DNA from: Deinococcales bacterium
Lineage (GTDB): Bacteria; Deinococcota; Deinococci; Deinococcales; JAAFIG01
Assembly: GCA_046289535.1 (NCBI GenBank)
Contig: JBKBVO010000001.1
Location: 1 to 39,875 of the forward strand
Reading direction: 5' to 3'
Length of the DNA stretch: 39,875 nt
In this document: in pieces, positions 29,065 to 38,425 of the stretch
Layout of the letters: each line of letters begins with the position of its first letter
Position numbering within the stretch: position 1 is the stretch's first letter
Program-made: the position numbers and the translations under genes
The notes under the pieces: generated by a model
Told to the model about the DNA's origin: nothing
Database searches by the model: none
Seen by the model: only the letters and a program-made list of their open reading frames with translations

Positions 29065-30819
29065 ATGCAGGTTCATAAGTATGATATTATCGTCGTTGGT
29101 GCTGGAGGAAGCGGCTTAATGGCAGCACTTTATGCCAAAAACAATGCCCAAGGAAGTGTAGCGGTCATCTCCAAGCTTTATCCAACACGTTCACACACAG
29201 GCGCAGCACAGGGTGGGGTCGGAGCCGCTCTTGGCAACGTAGATGAAGACCACTGGGAATGGCATATGTTCGACACCATCAAGGGCGGCGATTACTTAAC
29301 TGACCAAGATGCAGCCGAAATCTTTGCCAAGGATGTAATCGAAGCCGTGCTCGAGTTAGAGCACATGGGGCTACCATTTAGCCGTCTACCCAATGGCAAA
29401 ATTGCACAACGTCGCTTTGGTGGACACACCCGTGAATTCGGCAAAGCCCCTGTGCACCGCGCTTGCTATGCCGCCGACCGCACTGGTCATATGATTTTAC
29501 AAACCCTCTACCAGCAAAGCATCAAACAGGGTGTGACTTTTTTTAACGAATATGTCGTGTTAGACATGATTCTCGAGGACGAACCAGACGGCAAAGTTTG
29601 CAAGGGCGTTGTTGCTTGGGAAATGGCAACAGGCGAAATCCATGTTTTCCATGCCAAGAGTGTGGTGCTGGCAACAGGCGGTAACGGACGTATCTTTAAG
29701 GTCACATCCAATGCCCATGCCTTGACCGGCGACCTCACCAGCATCGCCTACAGGCGCGGCATTCCGCTCGAGGACATGGAATTTTACCAGTTCCACCCGA
29801 CTGGATTGTATAAACTCGGCGTGCTTTTAACCGAAGGTGTACGCGGTGAAGGCGGAATTTTACGCAACGCCTCGGGCGAACGCTTTATGGAACGTTATGC
29901 TCCAACAATTAAAGACCTTGCACCGCGCGATATTGTCTCGCGCAGTATGTACTTTGAAATCCGCGAGGGGCGTGGCTGTGGTCCAAATAAAGACTATATT
30001 CATCTTGATGTCACCCATATTGACCCCAAGATTCTCGAGGAGCGCTTGCCCGACATCATGGACTTTAGCCGCACCTATTTGCGCGTCGAGCCAACCAAAG
30101 AGCCTGTGCCGATTCAACCCACCGCGCACTACACCATGGGTGGGATTCCAACCACGCTGGATGGTGAAGTAATTTACGGCACCACCAACCAAGAGAAAGT
30201 GCGCGGTTTGTATGCAGCAGGTGAGGTTGCTTGTGTATCCTTGCACGGCGCAAACCGCCTTGGCACCAACTCCTTGGGTGACCTGATTGTCTTCGGGCGC
30301 AGGGCTGGCGTGGCAGCCGCCAAATACGCCAACAGTGCCACACTCGAGCCACTACCACACGATGCCGATGCGCGTGCCAAGGATTTGGTCTCGAGAACCA
30401 AGAATGCAAGCGGCAAAGAAAGTGTCGCCCAAATCCGAGCCGAAATGCAGCAAACCATGCAGGACAACGCCAGTGTTTTCCGCACCGAAGAAACGCTCTC
30501 TGCCCAAGTCGAAATCCTGCGTGACTTAAACGCCCGCTACCGCAACATTGGCATCTCTGACCGCTCGGAAAAATACAACACCGAACTGCTCGAGGCAATC
30601 GAACTCGGATTCCTTTTAGACAACGCCGAAGCCCTGGTACACAGCGCTCTGAATCGTCGTGAATCGCGTGGTGCACACGCTCGAGAAGACTATACAGAGC
30701 GCGACGACACCAAGTTCTTAAAGCACACTATGTGCTACCAGCTCGAGCCGGGCAAAACCGAAATCAAGTGGAAGGACGTGGTGCTCGGTAAGTACGCACC
30801 AAAGCCGAGAACGTATTAG
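29065..30819 (+). CDS. sdhA: Succinate dehydrogenase flavoprotein subunit SdhA
   Basis: VVGAGGSGL FAD fold, the RSHTGAAQGG covalent-FAD histidine context, and the HPTG and ESRGAH motifs. Confidence 0.95.
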   Translation: MQVHKYDIIVVGAGGSGLMAALYAKNNAQGSVAVISKLYPTRSHTGAAQGGVGAALGNVDEDHWEWHMFDTIKGGDYLTDQDAAEIFAKDVIEAVLELEHMGLPFSRLPNGKIAQRRFGGHTREFGKAPVHRACYAADRTGHMILQTLYQQSIKQGVTFFNEYVVLDMILEDEPDGKVCKGVVAWEMATGEIHVFHAKSVVLATGGNGRIFKVTSNAHALTGDLTSIAYRRGIPLEDMEFYQFHPTGLYKLGVLLTEGVRGEGGILRNASGERFMERYAPTIKDLAPRDIVSRSMYFEIREGRGCGPNKDYIHLDVTHIDPKILEERLPDIMDFSRTYLRVEPTKEPVPIQPTAHYTMGGIPTTLDGEVIYGTTNQEKVRGLYAAGEVACVSLHGANRLGTNSLGDLIVFGRRAGVAAAKYANSATLEPLPHDADARAKDLVSRTKNASGKESVAQIRAEMQQTMQDNASVFRTEETLSAQVEILRDLNARYRNIGISDRSEKYNTELLEAIELGFLLDNAEALVHSALNRRESRGAHAREDYTERDDTKFLKHTMCYQLEPGKTEIKWKDVVLGKYAPKPRTY

Positions 30820-30900
30820 TCATTGGCTAATAGAGCCGCTAGCCTGTGCGCCGCTTGTGCGGACAAAAGTGGTAAAGGCTAGAAGCTAGGAGCAAAAAAT

Positions 30901-31602
30901 ATGCAAGCAGTATTAAAAATCCAGCGTTACAACCCCGAAAAAGACAAGAAGCCCTACTGGGCGGAGTACACGCTCGAGGTCAGCCCCAAAGACCGCATTT
31001 TGGATATCCTCAATCAGATTAAATGGGATATGGACGGTAGCTTGTCATTTAGGCGCTCCTGTGCTCATGGTATCTGTGGCTCAGATGCCATGTTGATTAA
31101 TGGCAAAAACCGTTTGGCTTGTAAAGTCCTGATGATGGATTTGGGCAGCAGTACCGTAACTATCGAACCCATTCGTGGTTTACCCGTGGAAAAAGACTTA
31201 ATTGTGGATATGCGTCCATTCTTTGAGTCATACGAAGCAGTGATGCCATTTTTTATTAACGATGACCCAGCACCAGCGCGTGAACACTTGCAAAGTCCCG
31301 AAGAGCGCGAAATCTATGATGCCAGCACCAAGTGCATTCTGTGCGCCTGCTGTACCACATCTTGCCCGATTTTCTGGGTCAATGGCAGCTATCTTGGACC
31401 AGCAGCGATTGTGCAGGCGCACCGCTTTATATTTGACTCGCGTGATAAGGGCGGCGCGCAGCGCTTGGCACAACTCAATCAAAATACAGGTGTGTGGCGC
31501 TGCCGTACTGCCTATAACTGTACCGAAGCCTGCCCAAGGGATATTCCAATTACCGATATCATTGGGCAAGTCAAACGGGCGATTTTGTATAGCAACACCT
31601 AA
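30901..31602 (+). CDS. sdhB: Succinate dehydrogenase iron-sulfur subunit SdhB
   Basis: Cysteine clusters SCAHGICGSDAM, CILCACCTTSCP and CTEACP are typical of SdhB/FrdB. Confidence 0.95.
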   Translation: MQAVLKIQRYNPEKDKKPYWAEYTLEVSPKDRILDILNQIKWDMDGSLSFRRSCAHGICGSDAMLINGKNRLACKVLMMDLGSSTVTIEPIRGLPVEKDLIVDMRPFFESYEAVMPFFINDDPAPAREHLQSPEEREIYDASTKCILCACCTTSCPIFWVNGSYLGPAAIVQAHRFIFDSRDKGGAQRLAQLNQNTGVWRCRTAYNCTEACPRDIPITDIIGQVKRAILYSNT

Positions 31603-31611
31603 GTGTTCATC

Positions 31612-31652
31612 AAAAAATACAAGGTGGGACATACCCCACCTTGTATTTTTTG
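31612..31652. terminator. Bidirectional intrinsic terminator after sdhB (also downstream of the convergent polyprenyl synthase gene)
   Basis: A-run, then stem ATACAAGGTGGG (31617-31628), a 6-nt loop, CCCACCTTGTAT (31635-31646), then T-run TTTTTT. Confidence 0.8.
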
Positions 31653-31744
31653 TGTTTTAGATACGCCGGTATGCACGACCCGAGCTTAATTCCGACCTAC
31701 CCAAGTCCGACGCTTTTGGCAGCCTGAATGATTGTCATACTTCA

Positions 31745-32698
31745 TCACGCCACGCGCTCGGCTTCGCGCATAGCAAGGGCTTCGAGCGCAGACTTTGCGG
31801 GAGAATTGGGCAACACTGCAAGAGCTTGCACCGCATTCTGGGCACGACGGCGCATTTCGCTGCGTGCTTCTTGGTCTGTTCCATGCTGTAAAACCAAGGC
31901 TCGCATTCGCTCGATATCACCAATTTGGGTTGCACGGCGCTCCAAAATGGCTCGAGCTTCGCTGATTTCGCGCTCGAGCAAATAAAGCACAGGCAGGGTC
32001 GCTTTGCCTTCGCGCAAGTCTCCACCGATGGGTTTACCAATGGTTTGCTCGTCGGACATCAGATCTAAAATATCGTCTTGAATTTGAAATGCCCTGCCAT
32101 ACTCGAGTCCGAATGTCTCGAGCGCCTGCACCACATCTGGCGCAGCACCAGCTAGCAATGCCGCCCCTTTAGTGGCTGCCGCCACCAAAGAAGCTGTTTT
32201 CCCTGTAATAATCGAAAAGTAATTAGGCAAATTGTATGTGCCAAGTGCCGCCACCTGAAACTGCAGCACCTCACCTTCACAAATGGTGCGCGAAGTATTT
32301 CCGACCAAGCGCACAAAATCTGGTGTTAGTGTCCCAAAATCAGAGAGCACAATCATCAGTTTCGCTAGTAAATAGTCGCCGCTCATGACACTGACCACAT
32401 TGCCATAGTGCTTAAAAGCCGTTTCTTTACCGCGCCGCGTATCGGCATCATCTATTAAGTCATCGTGCAACAGACTTGCACTGTGCAGCAGTTCGATCAC
32501 CGCGGCATAGTCCACCAAGCGCGAGTCGCTCGAGCCAAGCGCCTTGGCTACCAAAAACACCAACTGCGGGCGGGCGCGTTTTCCGCCAGCATCGAGCAGG
32601 TCTTCGCCAATCAATTCGATGAACTCGACTTCAGACTGCACCAACTGGCGCAGGCGCGTCTCGAGCAATGCCATTTGGGAAAATACAAGTGGATTCAT
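31745..32698 (-). CDS. Long-chain polyprenyl diphosphate synthase (hepta/octaprenyl type)
   Basis: First aspartate-rich motif LLHDDLIDDADTRRG and second motif FQIQDDILD, in 317 aa. Confidence 0.9.
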   Translation of the reverse strand: MNPLVFSQMALLETRLRQLVQSEVEFIELIGEDLLDAGGKRARPQLVFLVAKALGSSDSRLVDYAAVIELLHSASLLHDDLIDDADTRRGKETAFKHYGNVVSVMSGDYLLAKLMIVLSDFGTLTPDFVRLVGNTSRTICEGEVLQFQVAALGTYNLPNYFSIITGKTASLVAAATKGAALLAGAAPDVVQALETFGLEYGRAFQIQDDILDLMSDEQTIGKPIGGDLREGKATLPVLYLLEREISEARAILERRATQIGDIERMRALVLQHGTDQEARSEMRRRAQNAVQALAVLPNSPAKSALEALAMREAERVA

Positions 32699-33050
32699 GG
32701 GATTGGTTCCAAGCCTTTGTGAAAGTATACACGCATATCTCGGGACAGTGGTCTAAAAGCCGTTATTTTCGTCTGGAATACAGCAAATTTAAGTAAGTCT
32801 CAAGCAAGGGCGCCGTGTTGGCAAAACACTTAAAGACATTGCAACAATTGCTCTGCGCAAGGGCGACTTTCGCTGGCTTTAGCTTTTTGCAGTGGTTTTT
32901 AAGCCACTTTCGAGCGCCTGATTGCCTTGGTGCAAAGCGGTATCAATCTGTTCAGCATTACTCGAGAGATAAAACCCAAAATACCCCGTGAAATAAACGT
33001 GGTTTAAGCCTTGCTCCTGTCTTTGGTTTTGCTCAAGTCGTCTGGAATAC

Positions 33051-33079
33051 TTGACGCGCCTAAAAGGATGTGTTACATT
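33051..33079 (+). promoter_or_regulatory. Candidate sigma70-type promoter of tRNA-fMet
   Basis: TTGACG at 33051-33056, a 17-nt spacer, then TACATT at 33074-33079. The mature tRNA 5-prime end is about 22 nt after the predicted start site. Confidence 0.5.
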
Positions 33080-33107
33080 TCCGAGCCGCGTAGGCAATGC
33101 TCTGTTG

Positions 33108-33184
<77 letters not shown>

Positions 33185-33188
33185 AAGG

Positions 33189-33220
33189 AAATAACCTCAC
33201 GAATGTGGGGTTATTTTTAT
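33189..33220 (+). terminator. Intrinsic terminator after tRNA-fMet
   Basis: Stem ATAACCTCAC / GTGGGGTTAT (one G-U pair), loop GAAT, followed by TTTTATTT. Confidence 0.65.
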
Positions 33221-33292
33221 TTACCGACTCGAGTCATACAGGTTTTCTTAAAGTTTGATTTTGCCACCTCAAAACACAGTAGAATAAGGGAC

Positions 33293-34069
33293 GTGAAACC
33301 GCTTTTGTCCTTAAACTGGAAGCTGCAAAAAGGTCCTGCCGAAAGTTATGCTTGGTGTAGAGCGCTGCTCGAGCAACTCCCCGAAGAGCTGCCCGCCGAC
33401 CTCGCGATTATGGCACCTACAATCAGCTTAGAGCGTGTCAGCAATGCCTTACGCGGTAGCCCAGTGCAGTGGGGAGCACAGGATGTCTCCAAGCACCAAA
33501 AAGGCGCTTACACTGGCGAAACCGCCCCACAATGGCTCAACGAACTCGATTGCAGCTATGTGATCATCGGACACTCCGAACGGCGTGATTATCACGGCGA
33601 GACAGACATCATAGCCGGCGAAAAGACTGCTGTTGCCATCCGTGCTGGAATCAAACCTATTCTTTGCGTCGGTGAAAAATTAGATGTACGCGAAGCAGGA
33701 AACGCAGAAAGCCACACCCTAAGGCAGCTCGAGACCGCATTGGCTTGGCTCACACCAGAAGTGCTTGCAGACGAATTCAGAGGGGTTCTCGAGTGGCTGA
33801 CCATTGCCTACGAGCCGATTTGGGCTATTGGCACGGGCAGAACCGCAACACCAGAAGATGCCGAGAACATGGGTAATGCCATGCGCAGCTGGTTTGTAGA
33901 GCGCTATGGACAAGCAGGAAATAACTTGCGTCTTTTATATGGTGGCAGTGTTAAGCCAGACAACATTAAAGCCTTGTGCAGCCGCCAAAATGTCAATGGT
34001 GCACTGGTTGGTGGAGCGAGCCTTGAACTCGAGAGCGTCCTTGAGATGCTCGAGGCATTGGAAGGTTAA
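33293..34069 (+). CDS. tpiA: Triosephosphate isomerase
   Basis: The GTG at 33293 is preceded by AAGGGA. Motifs LNWK (for GNWK), IGHSERR, AYEPIWAIGTG and GGASL are present. The track ORF start further upstream would overlap the tRNA terminator. Confidence 0.9.
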   Translation: MKPLLSLNWKLQKGPAESYAWCRALLEQLPEELPADLAIMAPTISLERVSNALRGSPVQWGAQDVSKHQKGAYTGETAPQWLNELDCSYVIIGHSERRDYHGETDIIAGEKTAVAIRAGIKPILCVGEKLDVREAGNAESHTLRQLETALAWLTPEVLADEFRGVLEWLTIAYEPIWAIGTGRTATPEDAENMGNAMRSWFVERYGQAGNNLRLLYGGSVKPDNIKALCSRQNVNGALVGGASLELESVLEMLEALEG

Positions 34070-34092
34070 AAAAACTTTTCTTTTTTTGTTCG

Positions 34093-35181
34093 CTAAATAC
34101 TCGGAAAAAGGCTACCTTGCTGCAATTCGCGGGTGGCTTTTTGCTGTTTTAAAACCACTTCGAGCTTCCGCACAATCTCGGGGTCAAAACGGGTGTTTTC
34201 TTGCTTTTTAATGCGCTCGAAGGCTTCATTACTGCTTAATTGTTCACCTCGGTCGGTGGTCAGGATATCAAAAGCATTGGCAACCGCAATGACCCGCGAA
34301 AACAATGGTATTGCCGAACCGCGCAAGCCACGTGGTCCACCTGTACCGTCAAAATATTCGTGCGTATGCAAAATTGCCAAACGGGCAGTTTCGAGTTCTG
34401 AAACGCGCTCGAGCAAATTATAGCCTAGACTGGCAAGGCTCACATCATCGGCTCCTGCCTCGGACAAACGCCCAAGATCGTGCAGCATCGAAGCGAACCA
34501 AATATCGTTTTGCTCGAGCGCATTTAAGCCAAGTTCTCGAGCGATTGCCATCGCGTAGCTGGTCACACGCACCGCATGACCAAGTTGGTTAAATTCTTGG
34601 GCTTCGATGGCTTCGACAAAGGTGAGGGTCAGGTTCCACGCTAAGGAGCGCTGCTTACTCATATCAAGAAAACTACCAAGAATACTGGTGACCACCCCAC
34701 CCCAGCGATTGAGCGCCTCGAGCGCACCTGAAGCAAATGCGTCTTGGTAGCTCTCGAGCATCATTGCACCTCGAATACCCACACTGCGGTCTCGGAAGGG
34801 CACAATCAAACACTGTTTATACTCGCGGATACCCATACTCGAGAGCTTGGCGCGGGCTTCCGGTAAATTGGGATTAAAAAAGTCGTTGCTTGGGTTGGTG
34901 GAAATTCTAGGCTGACCATCTGTCCATGGTCCAACCAACTCAACCCCTATGTATTCACTTCCGTAACCCTTTACTGCGGCGATTTTATCCGTGCCATTGC
35001 TGCGCACCACTGTCCAAGCTCGAGTCGCCGCAGGAGCGAGAAGCATTGCGCTTTGCATTGCGCTCTCGAGTAGGCTTTTGAGGCTTCGAGCAGCGAGCAG
35101 CTCTTGGGCGGCTTTGATTTGATCAAAACTTTCTGTAGGTTCAGCGGCTTTCCTTCGGAACATAATATTAAGTATACCCAC
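34093..35181 (-). CDS. HD-GYP-type phosphohydrolase domain protein with N-terminal sensory (GAF-like) region; GYP position reads GGP
   Basis: It has an LHDLGRL HD motif. HTHEYFDGTGGPRGLRG corresponds to HHE..DG.GYP.GL. Alternative start at 35163. Confidence 0.7.
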   Translation of the reverse strand: MGILNIMFRRKAAEPTESFDQIKAAQELLAARSLKSLLESAMQSAMLLAPAATRAWTVVRSNGTDKIAAVKGYGSEYIGVELVGPWTDGQPRISTNPSNDFFNPNLPEARAKLSSMGIREYKQCLIVPFRDRSVGIRGAMMLESYQDAFASGALEALNRWGGVVTSILGSFLDMSKQRSLAWNLTLTFVEAIEAQEFNQLGHAVRVTSYAMAIARELGLNALEQNDIWFASMLHDLGRLSEAGADDVSLASLGYNLLERVSELETARLAILHTHEYFDGTGGPRGLRGSAIPLFSRVIAVANAFDILTTDRGEQLSSNEAFERIKKQENTRFDPEIVRKLEVVLKQQKATRELQQGSLFPSI

Positions 35182-35213
35182 AACTTGTTTTCGAAATCCC
35201 CAAATTTGCCCCC

Positions 35214-35241
35214 TTGATTTTTAGAACTTCTTTGCTATACT
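35214..35241 (+). promoter_or_regulatory. Candidate strong promoter of rpmF (extended -10)
   Basis: TTGATT at 35214-35219, a 16-nt spacer ending in TGC, then TATACT at 35236-35241. Confidence 0.5.
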
Positions 35242-35319
35242 CCTACGGCTGCCGCGAATGATACACATTCGCGCAAAATAACAACGTCGGGTGCAAACGC
35301 GCCCTAGAGGAGCAAAACA

Positions 35320-35511
35320 ATGGCAAAGCACCCCGTGCCCAAGAAGAAGACCAGCAAATCCAAGCGCGATATGCGTCGTTCACACCACGCCTTGGTCGCC
35401 CCAAACCTGACCACCTGCAAGAACTGTGGCAACAAAAAGCAACAGCACATGGTCTGCCCAAGCTGTGGCTACTATGATGGTCGCCAAGTCTTAGTGGTTG
35501 CCGAAGCATAA
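35320..35511 (+). CDS. rpmF: 50S ribosomal protein L32
   Basis: [25 protein letters not shown]...C..CG......[13 protein letters not shown] is a near-canonical L32 with a zinc-ribbon cysteine pattern. RBS is GAGGAG. Confidence 0.95.
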   Translation: MAKHPVPKKKTSKSKRDMRRSHHALVAPNLTTCKNCGNKKQQHMVCPSCGYYDGRQVLVVAEA

Positions 35512-35516
35512 AGCTG

Positions 35517-35553
35517 GTAAAAAAACACAGGCTCTAAGCCTGTGTTTTTTTTA
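35517..35553. terminator. Bidirectional intrinsic terminator shared by rpmF and the convergent malG
   Basis: A-run, then stem ACACAGGC (35525-35532), loop TCTAA, GCCTGTGT (35538-35545), then a T8 run. Confidence 0.85.
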
Positions 35554-35573
35554 TGCTCTCGAGACACTGCAAT

Positions 35574-36932
35574 TTAGCCTTTTTCGCCACCGCTCAAGGC
35601 ACCAGTCACAAAGACTTGCTGGAAGCTGTAGTACAAAATCACAATTGGCAAGGCTCCAAGCACCGCCGCTGCCGCAAACGTGCCATACTCGACACTGAAT
35701 TGACCCGTGGCAAAAGAGCGCAAGCCCACACCAACATTCCAGTTTTGTGCACCTGTGACCAGCACATTGGCAACCAAAAATTCGGTATACGTTCCGACAA
35801 ATTGCATCAAAAAGATAAAGACCATCATCGGACCCGAAAGCGGCAATACAATCCTGGTAAACGCTGTCCAACGCGTGCAGCCATCCACCAAAGCCGCCTC
35901 CTCGAGACTTGCAGGCAGGCTCTCGACGTAGCCCTTGTAAATCCATGTGCCAAAGGAAACCGCACCACCCGTGTAGGCAAGCACCAAACCAGGCAGGGTT
36001 TCAGTCAGACCCAGACGGTAAATAAGCTCGTACATCGCAACCAGTCCCAAAAGCGCAGGAAACATCTGGATAAAAATTAAAAACATCAAAAACTGAAAAC
36101 GCCCAGGAAAGCGCAAGCGAGCCAAGCCATAACCGGTTGTGGTGCAGAGCAAGACCGTTAAAATACCCGTTGCTCCCGAAACCAAGAAGGTATTTCGCAC
36201 CCACAACAAAAATTTGCTCGAGTTGCTAAAACCTGTGAATTGGTCAATATTCAGCGAACCAAAAAAAGCAAACACACCAAGCACCGCCACCCAAGTCGAA
36301 ATCACTCGAGCACGTGCCAAGTTGGGGTCTACCCGTCCACCACCTGTGCGTTGCACCAAGAGCCAAACTGCAGCAATGCCCAAGACCCCAAGCCCCGACA
36401 CCAGCAAAAGCAGCCATTGCCAATCGTAAATTTTCACACCCTCAAAAAGTCGAGCGTAATTGGCAAAGCTGACATTATCAAAACTTGGCACCACTCGAGC
36501 ACGCACTACAAGCGGCTCTTCGCTCGAGCCAAGTGTGGCTTGGGTCAGACGGTTCAGTGGATCAAAGGAAGCGCTGACCACATAAAAAATCGGGTACAAA
36601 CTAAACAGGATCACAATCCAGAAAAATACATGTGTGAACTGGTCGTTTAGTACCGATAGATAACTAACTTTGCGGTGTTTTTTGCCAGATTCACCTATCA
36701 GTTTACCAATAAAACTGGTGACAAAGACCAAAGCGACCAAACCCGCCAAAACTGCCAAGGTAATAAGACCCGCATTCTCGGGGCGGATAATCGCAAAAGA
36801 GGGAGACTTCACCCTCGAGCCGAGATCGCGCACCAAAAAAAACAATGCGACCAGAACGGCTGCAAAAATAGACCAATTCAGCACCAATCGCCACGTCGGA
36901 GTGCGCTGTTCAAATTGCATGGGCTGACTCAT
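35574..36932 (-). CDS. malG: Sugar ABC transporter permease (MalG-like, with long N-terminal extension)
   Basis: Polytopic membrane protein. The EAA-type loop SLEEAALVDGCTRWTAFTRIVLP is typical of MalG-family permeases. Its start overlaps the malF stop by 4 bp. Confidence 0.8.
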   Translation of the reverse strand: MSQPMQFEQRTPTWRLVLNWSIFAAVLVALFFLVRDLGSRVKSPSFAIIRPENAGLITLAVLAGLVALVFVTSFIGKLIGESGKKHRKVSYLSVLNDQFTHVFFWIVILFSLYPIFYVVSASFDPLNRLTQATLGSSEEPLVVRARVVPSFDNVSFANYARLFEGVKIYDWQWLLLLVSGLGVLGIAAVWLLVQRTGGGRVDPNLARARVISTWVAVLGVFAFFGSLNIDQFTGFSNSSKFLLWVRNTFLVSGATGILTVLLCTTTGYGLARLRFPGRFQFLMFLIFIQMFPALLGLVAMYELIYRLGLTETLPGLVLAYTGGAVSFGTWIYKGYVESLPASLEEAALVDGCTRWTAFTRIVLPLSGPMMVFIFLMQFVGTYTEFLVANVLVTGAQNWNVGVGLRSFATGQFSVEYGTFAAAAVLGALPIVILYYSFQQVFVTGALSGGEKG

Positions 36933-38362
36933 TTGCTTGCCTCCTTAAAGACTCCGGCTGCACGGAAATTAAAGATTGAAATCACCACCGTAAGCACACC
37001 AACAATCACCGAAACCGCACCCGCAAGCCCGTAAGCCTGTGCGCCAGAACCAGTAAAAGCGGTGTTAAAACCCCAAGAGAGCAAAATGTCCGTAGCTCGA
37101 GCCGTGGATTCACGCCCTACTTCCGCAGGACCTCCGCCTGTTAAGAGATAAATAATCCCGAAATTGTTAAAATTATAGGCAAAAGTCGAAAGAATAATCG
37201 GCGTAAATGCAGCTTGGAGCATTGGCAGGGTAATAAACTTAACCTGTTCGACTTTTGTTGCGCCGTCTACTTCGGCGGCTTCGTATAGCTCATCTGGAAT
37301 TGCGGACAGCGCACCGAGCGTTGCAGTCATCATGTATGGAAAGCCCAGCCAAAGGTTCACGAGCAAAATAGCCACCTTTGCCCAAAGCGGATCGGTGAGC
37401 CAGGGAATGGGCAAAGCGCCAAACAAGCCAAGTAAGCGGTTTAAACCACCAAAATTCTGGTTCAAGAGCGCAACCCACATTTGAATCGAAATCACCCCAG
37501 GCACTGCCCACGGCAAAATCAAGATAGCACGGTAAAAATTGCGGAATTTGAGCCGCTTGTTGTTGAGCAAAATCCCCAAAAGCAATCCAACAATCACATT
37601 AATCACTGTTGTGGAAAGCGCAAAAATTACCGTCCAAATGAAAACAGGGTACAACTGAACATTGGCTTTGGAAAAAATTTCTTGGAAATTACCCAAACCA
37701 ATATTTTGCACGGGATTGATGCGCCGCACTCTAGTTGTGTCCTGCGGAATATCTATCGCAAAGTTAATGCTATTACCCGAAACACCAAGCGCGTAAAAAG
37801 TTGGTCCTGGCTTACCCAACTCCAGATCCGAGCGCAACTCGAGCGGTTCATTGACACAGCCCTTTTGGCGGCAAGCAAGCGTCTCGAGTTTGGAGTCACC
37901 GATAAGCTCGAGTGTGCGTACACCCGAGACACGCACCGAAATTTCGGTGGTGCTGTCTGGGCGGTCGTTATTTTGTGAATTAAAATTTGTGAAGGCGTAA
38001 CCAAAAGTCATAATAATTGGGTAGACCGTAAACGCCAGCAAACAAATAATTGCTGGCAACATGTAGTACCAATTTGTGAGCCACGGAAAAATCCGCACCG
38101 CTAAAAGCAAAATAGGCAGCAGTGCGACAAGCACAAAAACCAGCAACAACCAATTGCGTGCAGATGGTACTGCTGCGACCACCGCAGAAGTCAAAACTGT
38201 GCCAATAAATAAGGCTACAACACAAATTGCTAAAATCAAACCAATTGCAAATGCCACTCCAAGCGAGCCTTCTGGCGGCTTATTTGAACCCACCCCAAAA
38301 ATACCTGGCTTTGCACCGACCACTGCCATATTGCCCCCTTGCGCAAAATATTGCGGAAACAC
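36929..38362 (-). CDS. malF: Sugar ABC transporter permease (MalF-like, with large periplasmic loop)
   Basis: Polytopic membrane protein with EAA loop ELYEAAEVDGATKVEQVKFITLP and a periplasmic insertion of about 100 aa after the early helices. An alternative start near 38329 is possible. Confidence 0.8.
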   Translation of the reverse strand: MFPQYFAQGGNMAVVGAKPGIFGVGSNKPPEGSLGVAFAIGLILAICVVALFIGTVLTSAVVAAVPSARNWLLLVFVLVALLPILLLAVRIFPWLTNWYYMLPAIICLLAFTVYPIIMTFGYAFTNFNSQNNDRPDSTTEISVRVSGVRTLELIGDSKLETLACRQKGCVNEPLELRSDLELGKPGPTFYALGVSGNSINFAIDIPQDTTRVRRINPVQNIGLGNFQEIFSKANVQLYPVFIWTVIFALSTTVINVIVGLLLGILLNNKRLKFRNFYRAILILPWAVPGVISIQMWVALLNQNFGGLNRLLGLFGALPIPWLTDPLWAKVAILLVNLWLGFPYMMTATLGALSAIPDELYEAAEVDGATKVEQVKFITLPMLQAAFTPIILSTFAYNFNNFGIIYLLTGGGPAEVGRESTARATDILLSWGFNTAFTGSGAQAYGLAGAVSVIVGVLTVVISIFNFRAAGVFKEASK

Positions 38363-38425
38363 CTCACCCTAACAGTGCTAGGGCGAGGTGCAATCTGACT
38401 CGAGTCGTATTTCGAGCCAAGTGAT

